DNA of 64,000 nt from Bacilli bacterium (GTDB taxonomy: Bacteria > Bacillota_I > Bacilli_A > RF39 > UBA660): positions 18,069 through 82,068 of the forward strand of contig JAFRUZ010000007.1 in NCBI GenBank assembly GCA_017438635.1. Direction: 5' to 3'. A model generated the notes under the pieces. That model did no database searches. It was given only the letters and a program-made list of their open reading frames with translations, and was not told where the DNA came from. Shown here one piece after another: positions 17,992 to 27,114 of this stretch. Every line of letters starts with the position of its first letter. The first letter of the stretch is position 1. A program made the translations under genes and the position numbers.

Positions 17992-20298
17992 ATGGGGAAA
18001 GTTTTAAGTGATACTGAAATAAAAAGAATTAATCGCTACTGGGCTGCAACTAACTATTTATCAATATGTCAAATATATTTAAAGGATAATGTTCTGTTAA
18101 AAAGACCATTAGAGTTTTCTGATGTAAAAAATAAACTTATAGGACATTGGGGAACTGCTCCAGGACAAAACTTTATCTATGCCCATTTGAATAGAATAAT
18201 AAAAGATTTTAATATTGATATGATATATATATCAGGACCTGGTCATGGTGGACAAGCTATGATTGCTAATTCTTATCTTGAAGAGGTGTATACAAGAGTA
18301 TATCCTGAAATAACTCAAGATGAAGAAGGACTTACTAAACTTTGCAAACAATTTAGTTATCCAGGAGGAGTATCTTCCCATGTGGCGCCAGATGTTCCTG
18401 GTTCAATAAATGAAGGTGGAGAATTAGGATACAGTTTAGCCCATGCTTACGGTGCTGTTCTCGATAATCCAAATCTGATTGCCGCTTGTGTTATTGGAGA
18501 TGGTGAAGCTGAAACCGGCCCACTTTCTGCATCATGGAATATTAACAAAATTATCAATCCTAAAACTGATGGAGTTGTACTTCCAATCATTCACTTAAAT
18601 GGCTATAAAATAGCTAATCCTACTGTTTTAGGTAGAATGCCTGATAAAGATATTAAAGCATTGTTCAAGAGTCTTGGATACAAACCATACATAGTATCAG
18701 GAAGTGAACCTCGTGCTATGCATGAAGCAATGTCCGTTGCTCTAGAAAAAGTATGCTTTGATATAAATAAACTAAAAAATGGAAAGACAAAACTATTTCC
18801 AATGATAGTACTTAGGACTCCAAAAGGATGGGGATGTCCTAAAAAAGTAAACGACAAAAAGATTGAAGGTTCTTTCAGGGCTCATCAAGTACCATTTACA
18901 GTTGAGACAGAAGAAGATTTAAAGCTTCTTGAAAAATGGTTAAGAAGTTATTCACCAGAAAAACTTTTTGATGAAAAAGGAACACTTCTTCCTGATATTA
19001 GAAAAGTACTACCAAAATATGAAAAGAGAATGAGCGCTAGTAAATACGCTAACGGTGGATTGTTGCTAGAAGAATTAAAAACACCAGATTTCAGAAAATA
19101 CAAAATAGATGTAGAACCTGGTGTAACAAAGGCAAGTGCCATGGGTGTTTTAGGAACTTATATTAGAGATTTAATAAAAGAAAACAACAACTTTAGAATC
19201 TTTGGGCCAGATGAACTAGCCTCTAATCGTCTTAACAAAGTTTTTGAAGTTACCAATAGAAAATGGAATTATAACATAAAAAAAGATGATGAGTATCTTT
19301 CTGAAGACGGAGCAGTTATAGATTCAATTCTTTCTGAACATGTGTGTGAAGGATTACTCGAAGGGTATTTGTTAACAGGAAGACATGGTTTCATGCATTC
19401 ATATGAAGCATTTATAAGAATAATTGATTCAATGACTAGTCAACACGCTAAATGGCTAAAAGTATGCAAGGATATTCCATGGAGAGCAGATATAGCATCC
19501 CTAAATTATGTTCTAAGTTCTCATATATGGCAACAAGATCATAATGGATTCACTCATCAAGATCCAGGATTTCTTAATCATGTTGCCACTAAAAAAACAG
19601 CTATTTCTAGAATTTATTTACCTATAGATAGCAATACATTATTATCAACATTTCATCACTGTATAAAGACAAAAAACTATATTAACGTCATAGTTGCTTC
19701 GAAACACGAAAGACCAGAATGGCTTAATATGGACGAAGCCATAGAACACTGTACTAATGGTATCGGAGAATTAAAGTTTATAAGTGATAAATGTAATGAT
19801 CCTGATTTAGTATTAGTATCAGCAGGGGATACACCAACAATTGAAATAGTGGCAGCTAAAAAAATCATAAGTCAATTTTTAAATATCAAAGTAAGAGTAA
19901 TAAATGTAATAGATTTAATGAGACTGCAATCAGACTCAGTGCATCCACATGGTATGTCAGATAAAGAATATGATGCACTATTTACTAAAAATAAACCAAT
20001 TATATTTGCCTTCCATGGTTATCCAACACTTATTCATATGCTAACTTATAAGAGAAAGAATAAGAACATCCATGTTCATGGATACAAAGAAGAAGGTACA
20101 ATCACAACTCCATTTGATATGAGAGTTCAAAACGAAATAGATAGATACCACATAATACTAAATGCTTTAAAATATGTGGAAATATCAAAAAAAGAGAGAA
20201 AGGCAATAACTGATTATTGCAATTCTCAATTAGAAAAACATTACAATTATATAAGAGAAAACGGTCAAGATATGCCAGATGTTAATGAATTAAAATAA
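17992..20298 (+). CDS. xfp: xylulose-5-phosphate/fructose-6-phosphate phosphoketolase
   Basis: GHWGTAPG, EGGELGYS, GDGEAETG and the 768-aa length are phosphoketolase signatures. Confidence 0.92.
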   Translation: MGKVLSDTEIKRINRYWAATNYLSICQIYLKDNVLLKRPLEFSDVKNKLIGHWGTAPGQNFIYAHLNRIIKDFNIDMIYISGPGHGGQAMIANSYLEEVYTRVYPEITQDEEGLTKLCKQFSYPGGVSSHVAPDVPGSINEGGELGYSLAHAYGAVLDNPNLIAACVIGDGEAETGPLSASWNINKIINPKTDGVVLPIIHLNGYKIANPTVLGRMPDKDIKALFKSLGYKPYIVSGSEPRAMHEAMSVALEKVCFDINKLKNGKTKLFPMIVLRTPKGWGCPKKVNDKKIEGSFRAHQVPFTVETEEDLKLLEKWLRSYSPEKLFDEKGTLLPDIRKVLPKYEKRMSASKYANGGLLLEELKTPDFRKYKIDVEPGVTKASAMGVLGTYIRDLIKENNNFRIFGPDELASNRLNKVFEVTNRKWNYNIKKDDEYLSEDGAVIDSILSEHVCEGLLEGYLLTGRHGFMHSYEAFIRIIDSMTSQHAKWLKVCKDIPWRADIASLNYVLSSHIWQQDHNGFTHQDPGFLNHVATKKTAISRIYLPIDSNTLLSTFHHCIKTKNYINVIVASKHERPEWLNMDEAIEHCTNGIGELKFISDKCNDPDLVLVSAGDTPTIEIVAAKKIISQFLNIKVRVINVIDLMRLQSDSVHPHGMSDKEYDALFTKNKPIIFAFHGYPTLIHMLTYKRKNKNIHVHGYKEEGTITTPFDMRVQNEIDRYHIILNALKYVEISKKERKAITDYCNSQLEKHYNYIRENGQDMPDVNELK

Positions 20299-20316
20299 TT
20301 GTAGGAAGGTGATAAC

Positions 20317-21030
20317 ATGTCTTTAATAATACTTATTTCAGTTATTCCAGTAATATTATTAGCATTATTTGTATATAGTAAAGACAGTGTTAAAGAACCT
20401 AAACCATTATTAATGGCCTTATTCGCATCAGGTTTTGTAGCAGCAACAGTAGTAATAATAATTAATCTTGGTTTATCATCATTTATTCCTGATTTCTTCG
20501 TAACTGATAACTATGAGCATATTAGTTTTTACAAGTTATTCAGTGTTATCTTTCTTGAAATAGCCTTTATAGAAGAATTCTCAAAATGGATTATGATAGT
20601 AATACTTGGTTATCATAATAAAAACTTTGATCAGTTATATGATATAGTTGTATACTCTGTATTTGTAGCTCTTGGTTTCGCGTGTATTGAAAACATATTC
20701 TATTTAATACCAAATAGTTTATCACTTGGAATATATAGAGCAATATTCTCAATACCTGGTCACGCTTGTTTCGGAGTATTCATGGGTTCTTATTTAGGAC
20801 TAGCAAAAATATATGAAGATAAAGATAAAATGCTAAGCAGAGTATATATGTTTTATGCAGTGTTAGTACCAACACTTTTACACACAGCATATAACTTTTG
20901 CTTACTAGCTAACAGTAAATACTTCTTCATAGTATTCCTTATATTTATGGTAATTCTATATATAATATCAATTTTAAAAATAGATAGAATATCTAAAAAC
21001 ACTGAACAAATAAATATTGAAGAATTATAA
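20317..21030 (+). CDS. prsW: PrsW-family intramembrane glutamic/metallo-protease
   Basis: It has multiple TM segments with the EEFSKW and HACFG motifs. Confidence 0.7.
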   Translation: MSLIILISVIPVILLALFVYSKDSVKEPKPLLMALFASGFVAATVVIIINLGLSSFIPDFFVTDNYEHISFYKLFSVIFLEIAFIEEFSKWIMIVILGYHNKNFDQLYDIVVYSVFVALGFACIENIFYLIPNSLSLGIYRAIFSIPGHACFGVFMGSYLGLAKIYEDKDKMLSRVYMFYAVLVPTLLHTAYNFCLLANSKYFFIVFLIFMVILYIISILKIDRISKNTEQINIEEL

Positions 21031-22164
21031 TTAAAGATAAAAAACCATATTTGGTTTTTTTATTTTACTTTTTCTTATAGACATAACAATTCCCAATAAT
21101 ATCATATAAGAAATAAGACTGCTACCACCATAAGATATAAAAGGTAAAGTTATGCCAGTAATAGGCATTAAGCCTATAGTCATAGATATATTTTGAATTT
21201 GTTGATAGAGTAGTGCTCCTATAACTCCTGAGATTACATATTTATAAATACTATTGTCTGTTTTTGTTTTTATAATTACAACATCAAACCAAAGTATTGT
21301 AGCAATAAGTATTAACATACCTATTAAACCATATATCGAAGCAAAAGAAGCAAATATAAAATCAGTGTGTCCCTCAGGAAAGTATAACAAAATATTATTT
21401 ATTCCTTTGCCAAGTAATCCACTTGAACCTATAGATATTAATGAGTTTTGAAGTTGCATTCCTGAAGAGTTGCGCCAGTCAAAAATTCTATCAAATCTAT
21501 AAAACATGCTTGATCCAAACAAATTTATGAAAAAATCAGTTTTTACAATATATAAATAAAAAACAATACTTACTGATAAAACTGTTCCACTAAAAAGAAA
21601 CATAAACCATCTCAATCTTATTTTTGATACAAATAACATAGAAAGAGCAATTATAAAATATATTAAAACAGCACCTGTATCAGGTTCTAAAAAAGTTATA
21701 AAAGATGGTATTAAAGTAATAATAAGCACTTTTACTATCAAAACTATTTCATCTTTCCAAGTCTTTAACTTTTGCTCATCAATTACTCTAGCTAAAAAAA
21801 GAATTAAACCTATTTTCATAAATTCACTAGGTTGAAAAGTTCCGATAACAGGAATAGAAAACCATGCTTTAGCACCATTTACTTCTGAACCTATGAACAG
21901 GACTAATACAAGTAATATTGTGTTAATGATATATATATAAAAAGAATAATTTAATAACACTTTAGGATTGATTTTTAACATTAAAAGTATACAGAATATA
22001 CCTAGTGTATAAAAAATACTTTGTCTTAAAACTAAACTATAAGTATCTTTTGTTAAAAAAGAAGTAAAACTATATATAGAATTAACACTTACTATAAAAA
22101 AAATAATTAAAATATAAATAAACTGTTTATTTGATTTCATAGTATTAGTATATCTTTTAAACAT
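21031..22164 (-). CDS. FtsW/RodA/SpoVE-family (SEDS) cell-wall polymerase
   Basis: It has 10 TM segments with PSEFMKI and ...LPFISYGGSS near the C-terminus. The start is uncertain because there is no clear RBS (alternative ATG at 22140). Confidence 0.85.
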   Translation of the reverse strand: MFKRYTNTMKSNKQFIYILIIFFIVSVNSIYSFTSFLTKDTYSLVLRQSIFYTLGIFCILLMLKINPKVLLNYSFYIYIINTILLVLVLFIGSEVNGAKAWFSIPVIGTFQPSEFMKIGLILFLARVIDEQKLKTWKDEIVLIVKVLIITLIPSFITFLEPDTGAVLIYFIIALSMLFVSKIRLRWFMFLFSGTVLSVSIVFYLYIVKTDFFINLFGSSMFYRFDRIFDWRNSSGMQLQNSLISIGSSGLLGKGINNILLYFPEGHTDFIFASFASIYGLIGMLILIATILWFDVVIIKTKTDNSIYKYVISGVIGALLYQQIQNISMTIGLMPITGITLPFISYGGSSLISYMILLGIVMSIRKSKIKKPNMVFYL

Positions 22165-22207
22165 TTTTTAATTCATATATCATAAAATATAATAATGAGG
22201 AGGATAT

Positions 22208-22516
22208 ATGAATAAAAAACCAAATATATTTAAACCTAATATGGAATTTATAGATACTAATAAAAAAGCCTACTGTTCATATTTAGAAGAACCATCTATA
22301 CAAGATGAAGAAATAGAAAACGATGTAGACGTATTAACATTTTTAAATAAATTATCTAACAGTGGTTCATACGTCTTTAACAAAAGGGTAGTTATAGTAA
22401 CAAATAATAGGACTTATGATACTAGAATCGCAGGTAAAATGGGTAATAGATTAATTACTTTAGATAATGATTCTATCAATATCAATGATATTAAAAAGAT
22501 ATATGAAAAAAAATAA
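22208..22516 (+). CDS. hypothetical protein, possibly spore-coat associated (weak CotO-like C-terminal pattern)
   Basis: It has a good RBS (GAGGAGG). The pattern FLNKL...VVIVTNNRTYDTRIAGKMGNRLITLDN..ININDIKKI loosely resembles what I recall of the CotO C-terminal domain. It lies next to the CotY/Z-like genes. Confidence 0.4.
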   Translation: MNKKPNIFKPNMEFIDTNKKAYCSYLEEPSIQDEEIENDVDVLTFLNKLSNSGSYVFNKRVVIVTNNRTYDTRIAGKMGNRLITLDNDSININDIKKIYEKK

Positions 22517-22540
22517 AAGTAGACTTAGTCTACTTTTTAA
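22516..22540. terminator. bidirectional hairpin terminator between convergent genes
   Basis: The hairpin AAAGTAGAC-TTA-GTCTACTTT is flanked by A/T runs. Confidence 0.6.
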
Positions 22541-22932
22541 ATACATGCGATATATGTATCACTTAAACATCTGACAGCACCGACACAATTTAGATTAATT
22601 GTAAAAAATGAATCAGTAGAAACAAAAGTGCCTTCTGTATCACCTGGCGCTAAAACTCTTAATGTAGCACAACAATCTTCCACTGCTTCAACTCTAAAAA
22701 CAGTTGACGTACTTTCAGTACCATTTAAAGTATAAGGCATCGTCCATAACGTATTAGAAGGGCAAGTATAAAGAGTAATAGGTCTAGTGTTGTATAAAGA
22801 ATTATTACTAGTACCTAAAAAAGGTCTATCACAAGATGTTATTCCTTCATCTAAACATTGTCCTTGTTTTTGAAGCCTAACTATTGTACAAAAAACATCT
22901 TTTAAATCTTCACAATTACTATTTCCACACAT
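22537..22932 (-). CDS. CotY/CotZ-family cysteine-rich spore coat/exosporium protein (paralog 1)
   Basis: CDRPFLG, NTRPITLYT, STVFRVEAV..CCATLRVL and CVGAVRCL match the CotY/Z pattern (FFRVE..CCATL...CFCAI.CL). Start moved to ATG 22932, which follows AAGGAGGA. The track start at 22980 would overlap the upstream paralog. Confidence 0.7.
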   Translation of the reverse strand: MCGNSNCEDLKDVFCTIVRLQKQGQCLDEGITSCDRPFLGTSNNSLYNTRPITLYTCPSNTLWTMPYTLNGTESTSTVFRVEAVEDCCATLRVLAPGDTEGTFVSTDSFFTINLNCVGAVRCLSDTYIACI

Positions 22933-22946
22933 AGTCTTCCTCCTTT

Positions 22947-23351
22947 CTATACACAATCTACAAACGTATCTGGTAAACACCTAATAGCACATATACATGA
23001 ACTATTAACTATAATAAATGAATTAGTTGTTACATAAGGTAAGTCACTATCAGGATCTGTGTTTTCTGCTAAAACTCTAAGTGTTGCTGTACTATTGGTA
23101 ACTCTTTCAACTCTAAAGACAGTTGATGTCCCAGCAGTTCCATTTAATACGTAAGGTGCCTCAAATAGCGTATTATTTGAAGTATATAATGTAATAGGTC
23201 TAGTATTATAAATAAGCATATTTGAGCCATTTCCAACTCCTAAAAAAGGTCTATCGCATGTATTTGGAATATCATCTATTTTCTCAGCTTGTTCTTGAAG
23301 AACACTAATGACTTTTAAAATATCATTAATACAACATGAGTTGTTATTCAT
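22947..23351 (-). CDS. CotY/CotZ-family spore coat/exosporium protein (paralog 2)
   Basis: It has the same motif set: CDRPFLG, NTRPITLYT, STVFRVERV...ATLRVL, CICAIRCL. It sits in tandem 14 nt upstream of paralog 1. Confidence 0.7.
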   Translation of the reverse strand: MNNNSCCINDILKVISVLQEQAEKIDDIPNTCDRPFLGVGNGSNMLIYNTRPITLYTSNNTLFEAPYVLNGTAGTSTVFRVERVTNSTATLRVLAENTDPDSDLPYVTTNSFIIVNSSCICAIRCLPDTFVDCV

Positions 23352-23491
23352 ATAAATCCACCCCTTTTTCTTTCTAATATAAGATATTCAGATATAATGT
23401 TTTAGTGCAGCACTAATACCTATATATTAAATAGTATGAAAAATAGTTTTAATTTTTGCAGATTTATTGTATAATTGTAATAGGTGATTAT

Positions 23492-23803
23492 ATGACATAC
23501 CAATATTTAATAATAATTGTAATATTTGTTATTTTACTTTTAGCAATAATAAAAATAAATAAAAAAGATGTAAAACTAGATATGAATAAATTAGTAGAAT
23601 TACTTGGAGGAAAGAATAATATTTTAGATACAGAAGTTAATCTATCTAGATTTATTGTTACTTTAGAAGATGTTTCAAAAGTTGATAAAGATGGAATTGT
23701 CGATTTAGGAGCCAAAGGAATAGTAGAAATGGACAATCAGTTAAAGATTATCCTAGGACCTAATTCTAAACAATTAAAGAAATATATCGACGAAATTAAA
23801 TAA
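23492..23803 (+). CDS. membrane-anchored PTS EIIB(Glc)-like domain protein lacking the phospho-Cys
   Basis: ATG at 23492 follows AGGTGA. An N-terminal TM helix is followed by LGGKNNILDTEVNLSRFIVTLEDVSKVD...LGAKG, which aligns to EIIB-Glc LGGKENI..DACITRLRVSVADVSKVD. Confidence 0.55.
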   Translation: MTYQYLIIIVIFVILLLAIIKINKKDVKLDMNKLVELLGGKNNILDTEVNLSRFIVTLEDVSKVDKDGIVDLGAKGIVEMDNQLKIILGPNSKQLKKYIDEIK

Positions 23804-23865
23804 ATAAATACAAAATTCGACAAAATATGACATAGATCATTTGTATTATTAATACAGGTGATACT

Positions 23866-25083
23866 ATGTCTTTTTTTGATACTATTGTTTTAGATATAAT
23901 CTTAACACTTTTTCCTATTATATGTGTTTTAATAATCAAAGCAAATCTTATAAATAAAAGTAAAATAAGTACAAAAGTACTTATAGATATAGCAAATTTT
24001 ACTAGTTTATTTTTACTTATAAAATACTGTGATAAAAATAATGCATATATGATTCTACTAGTTAATATGCCATTTGTAATTTCTATACTGCACAATAGAA
24101 AAATAGCTTCAATTATTATATTGATTGCTTTAATAATATTTAATGCATATCTCGGTATAAATTTATCATTCATAATTGGGGAATATATAGTTTATTTAAT
24201 TACATTTATAATTCTTAACAAAAAGAAAGTTTCTATAAATAGCGTCTTGTTATCATTTATATCAATAAAAGGTTTCTTTTTAACAATATATGAGTACTAT
24301 ATTTTAAGTAATTCAAATTTTTTAACAATTATAAAAGTGTTCGTTTCTTTAACAATTTTTTATTTAATAGGACTTCTAATAATAAATATTATCAATATGG
24401 TTAATAATACTATGAATTTAAACCAATCACTAAAACAATTAGAAAAAGAAAAAGAATTAAAAAATGGACTTTTCAAAATAACTCATGAAACTAAAAATCC
24501 AATTGCTGTTTGTAAAGGATACCTACAAATGATGGAATATAGTGATTTAAATAAGGTTAAAAAGTATAACACAATAATTGAAAGTGAACTAAATAGAGCA
24601 TTAGACATTATGGATAATTTTAGTGAATATACAAAGATTAAAATTAACCCAGATATAATGGATTTAGATTATTTGTTAACAGAAACAATTAAGAGCATGT
24701 CTTCAATATTTAAACATAAAAATATAGATGTAAATTATGAGAACATTGATGAAGTATTTATAAATGGAGATTATGAAAGATTAAAACAAGTATTTATAAA
24801 TATACTAAAAAATAGTTCCGAGGCTATTAGTAACAAAGGATTTATAGGCATAACTTTAAAAACTAACAAAAAATATGCCATAGTAGAAATAAAAGATAAT
24901 GGATGTGGTATGAGTGAAGAAGAACTAAAAAAGATGTCTCAATTGTTTTATTCATCAAAAGAAAAAGGCTGCGGGATAGGAGTAGCATTATCAAAAGAAA
25001 TAATTAGTTTACACAGAGGGAGTCTTAGATATAAATCAGTAGTGGGAGAGTATACAAAAGCAATCATAAAATTGCCGCTATAA
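23866..25083 (+). CDS. orphan sensor histidine kinase with polytopic N-terminal domain
   Basis: It has 5-6 TM segments, then the H-box FKITHETKNPIA, N-box NILKNSSEA, G1 IKDNGCGM and G2 GCGIGVALS. There is no response regulator on either side. Confidence 0.85.
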   Translation: MSFFDTIVLDIILTLFPIICVLIIKANLINKSKISTKVLIDIANFTSLFLLIKYCDKNNAYMILLVNMPFVISILHNRKIASIIILIALIIFNAYLGINLSFIIGEYIVYLITFIILNKKKVSINSVLLSFISIKGFFLTIYEYYILSNSNFLTIIKVFVSLTIFYLIGLLIINIINMVNNTMNLNQSLKQLEKEKELKNGLFKITHETKNPIAVCKGYLQMMEYSDLNKVKKYNTIIESELNRALDIMDNFSEYTKIKINPDIMDLDYLLTETIKSMSSIFKHKNIDVNYENIDEVFINGDYERLKQVFINILKNSSEAISNKGFIGITLKTNKKYAIVEIKDNGCGMSEEELKKMSQLFYSSKEKGCGIGVALSKEIISLHRGSLRYKSVVGEYTKAIIKLPL

Positions 25084-25184
25084 AAAGTTTACATATACTA
25101 GCGTCAACAAATGAAAAATTAATAGAAAACTATTTACATTAGTTAAACAGTTGTGTATAGTTTTATTATAGGGAAGTGATCGAT

Positions 25185-25880
25185 ATGATTAAAAGAATAA
25201 GTTTATCATTATTAATGGTAGCTTTTGGTTTCTGCTTTGTAAGCGTTGTAAATGCAGCAGAATCAGATCTAAGTACTATTGCTAGTCTTACTAGTGTTAT
25301 AGGAGATGCAGATGAAGAAATAATTCAAATTGCAGATGGAAGTTATAAATACTATTACAAAATACAAGCAATAGATGATAGTGATTTTAATACATATGTA
25401 AAATCAAAATATATTTTTGATAATGGTGATGAAAATTCAGATCAATATGTTCAAGCTCAATCAAGAGTAGCAGAATATGAAGATACATTTGCAAGTTTAA
25501 TACCAACTTTGAATACTACTGCTGATTTAAATGGTTGGACTGAAAGTACAGATAAGAATATAGCGCCAACAGGATTAAAATATGAAGCTGGAAAACATCA
25601 CGGATATGTTTTAGCAGTAGCTGCTGTAAAAGATCAAACAATCTATGCTACTAGACTTATACTAGAAGCTACAAGTGCTACAACATTAGAAAATATAATA
25701 TATAATGCAAGTGATGAAACTACAACTAGTAGTAATACAAGTAACAATGGATCACAAAATAATCAATCAACTAAGACTACTTCAAACCCAGAAACTGGAA
25801 TAGAAGATTGTGCTATATATTTAGTACCTGTTGCAATCATACTAGGATCAGGTATATTATTAAAAAGAAACTATGCATAA
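25185..25880 (+). CDS. secreted surface protein with NPETG cell-wall sorting signal
   Basis: The signal peptide ends ...VVNA/AESD. The C-terminus is SNPETG, then the hydrophobic IEDCAIYLVPVAIILGSGILL, then the basic KRNYA. ATG at 25185 follows GGGAAGTGA. Confidence 0.6.
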   Translation: MIKRISLSLLMVAFGFCFVSVVNAAESDLSTIASLTSVIGDADEEIIQIADGSYKYYYKIQAIDDSDFNTYVKSKYIFDNGDENSDQYVQAQSRVAEYEDTFASLIPTLNTTADLNGWTESTDKNIAPTGLKYEAGKHHGYVLAVAAVKDQTIYATRLILEATSATTLENIIYNASDETTTSSNTSNNGSQNNQSTKTTSNPETGIEDCAIYLVPVAIILGSGILLKRNYA

Positions 25881-25905
25881 GACCTTCGTGGTCTTTTCTT
25901 TTTGT
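25879..25905 (+). terminator. rho-independent terminator
   Basis: The hairpin AAGACC-TTCGT-GGTCTT is followed by TTCTTTTT. Confidence 0.6.
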
Positions 25906-25956
25906 TGTATAATAAGGCTTTACATGATATAATAAATTCAGATTTGAGGTGATGCT

Positions 25957-26451
25957 ATGGAATATATAAATATAGGGTATATAACTAGTACTCATGGACT
26001 AAAAGGAGAACTGAAATTAAAGAGTAGTTTTACTTATATAGATAGGGTATTGCAACCAGAGTTTTCTTTATATATTGGAGATAATAAAGAACAAGTTACC
26101 CTTATAAAACATAGATTTCATAAAGGAATGTATTTATTAACTTTTAAAGGTTATGAAGATATAAACTTAGTAGAAAACTTTAGAAATAAAAAAGTATATA
26201 TAATAAAAGAAGACCTTAATCTAAAAAACGATGAATTCTTATTCGAAGATTATATAGGTTTAAAAGCTTATTATAGTGATAAAAATATAGGGACAATTAC
26301 TGATATAATAGACTGTGGAAATAACAATTATGTTTTTAGCATAAATGATAGTGAAATACTTATTCCACTTAATAAAGATTTTATAGAAAAAGTCATCTTA
26401 AATGATAGAGTACTATTTAAAGATGTGGAGGGGTTAATAAATGAAAATTGA
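25957..26451 (+). CDS. rimM: 16S rRNA processing protein RimM
   Basis: IGYITSTHGLKGELKL is the N-terminal signature, followed by a PRC-barrel C-terminal half. The gene overlaps trmD. Confidence 0.85.
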   Translation: MEYINIGYITSTHGLKGELKLKSSFTYIDRVLQPEFSLYIGDNKEQVTLIKHRFHKGMYLLTFKGYEDINLVENFRNKKVYIIKEDLNLKNDEFLFEDYIGLKAYYSDKNIGTITDIIDCGNNNYVFSINDSEILIPLNKDFIEKVILNDRVLFKDVEGLINEN

Positions 26452-27103
26452 TATTTTAACACTTTTTCCAGAAATGTTCGAAGGATTCTTAACAGAATCA
26501 ATAATTAAAAGAGCAATAGAAAAAGATATAGTAGAAGTAAATATAATCAATTTTAGAGATTATACGACAGATTCACATGGAAAAGTAGATAGTACTCCAT
26601 TTGGTGGTGGAGCAGGTATGGTACTACAAATAGAACCTATATATAATGCTCTAATGGATATAAAGAAAGATGATTCACATGTAATACTATTAACACCAAG
26701 TGGTAAAACATTTAATCAAAAAAAAGCTAGAGAATTATCAAAGAAAAAACATATTATCCTAATATGCGGACATTACGAAGGTTTTGATTACAGAATAAAA
26801 AATCTTGTAGATGAAGAAGTATCAATTGGAGATTTTGTATTAACAGGAGGAGAACTACCATCCATGATGATAAGTGATGCTATAATAAGACTACTTCCAA
26901 ATGCTATAAGTAGTGACTCTCTAGAAAGTGAATCATTCGATGATGGATTACTAGATTATCCTGTTTACACTAAACCAAGAGATTTCAAAGGTATGAAAGT
27001 ACCAGATGTATTACTAAGTGGTAATCACGCTAAAATAGAAGAATATAGGGAATTAGAAAGAAAAAGAATAACAGAGGAAAAACTTAAAAGCGAAAATGAT
27101 TAA
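26441..27103 (+). CDS. trmD: tRNA (guanine37-N1)-methyltransferase
   Basis: DILTLFPEMF, GGGAGMV, CGHYEGFD and GDFVLTGGE are TrmD motifs. Confidence 0.92.
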   Translation: MKIDILTLFPEMFEGFLTESIIKRAIEKDIVEVNIINFRDYTTDSHGKVDSTPFGGGAGMVLQIEPIYNALMDIKKDDSHVILLTPSGKTFNQKKARELSKKKHIILICGHYEGFDYRIKNLVDEEVSIGDFVLTGGELPSMMISDAIIRLLPNAISSDSLESESFDDGLLDYPVYTKPRDFKGMKVPDVLLSGNHAKIEEYRELERKRITEEKLKSEND

Positions 27104-27114
27104 GGTGGTGTCCA

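Noticed and set aside
21031-21060. Zero-gap convergent junction of prsW and the SEDS gene, with the hairpin AAAAACCA-TATT-TGGTTTTT lying inside the last codons of the SEDS ORF. I considered whether the SEDS C-terminus is mis-called.
   Set aside because: The ORF is continuous and the family's conserved C-terminal motif (ISYGGSS) lies well upstream. Terminator hairpins overlapping the last codons are common in compact genomes.
23402-23416. The palindrome TTAGTGC-A-GCACTAA in the cotY/Z-EIIB intergenic region, together with GCACTA-N6-TAGTGC at 41071-41088, considered as CIRCE (HrcA) operators.
   Set aside because: CIRCE is TTAGCACTC-N9-GAGTGCTAA. Here the arms are shorter, the spacers are 1 and 6 nt, the CTC/GAG core is missing, and neither site precedes a chaperone gene.
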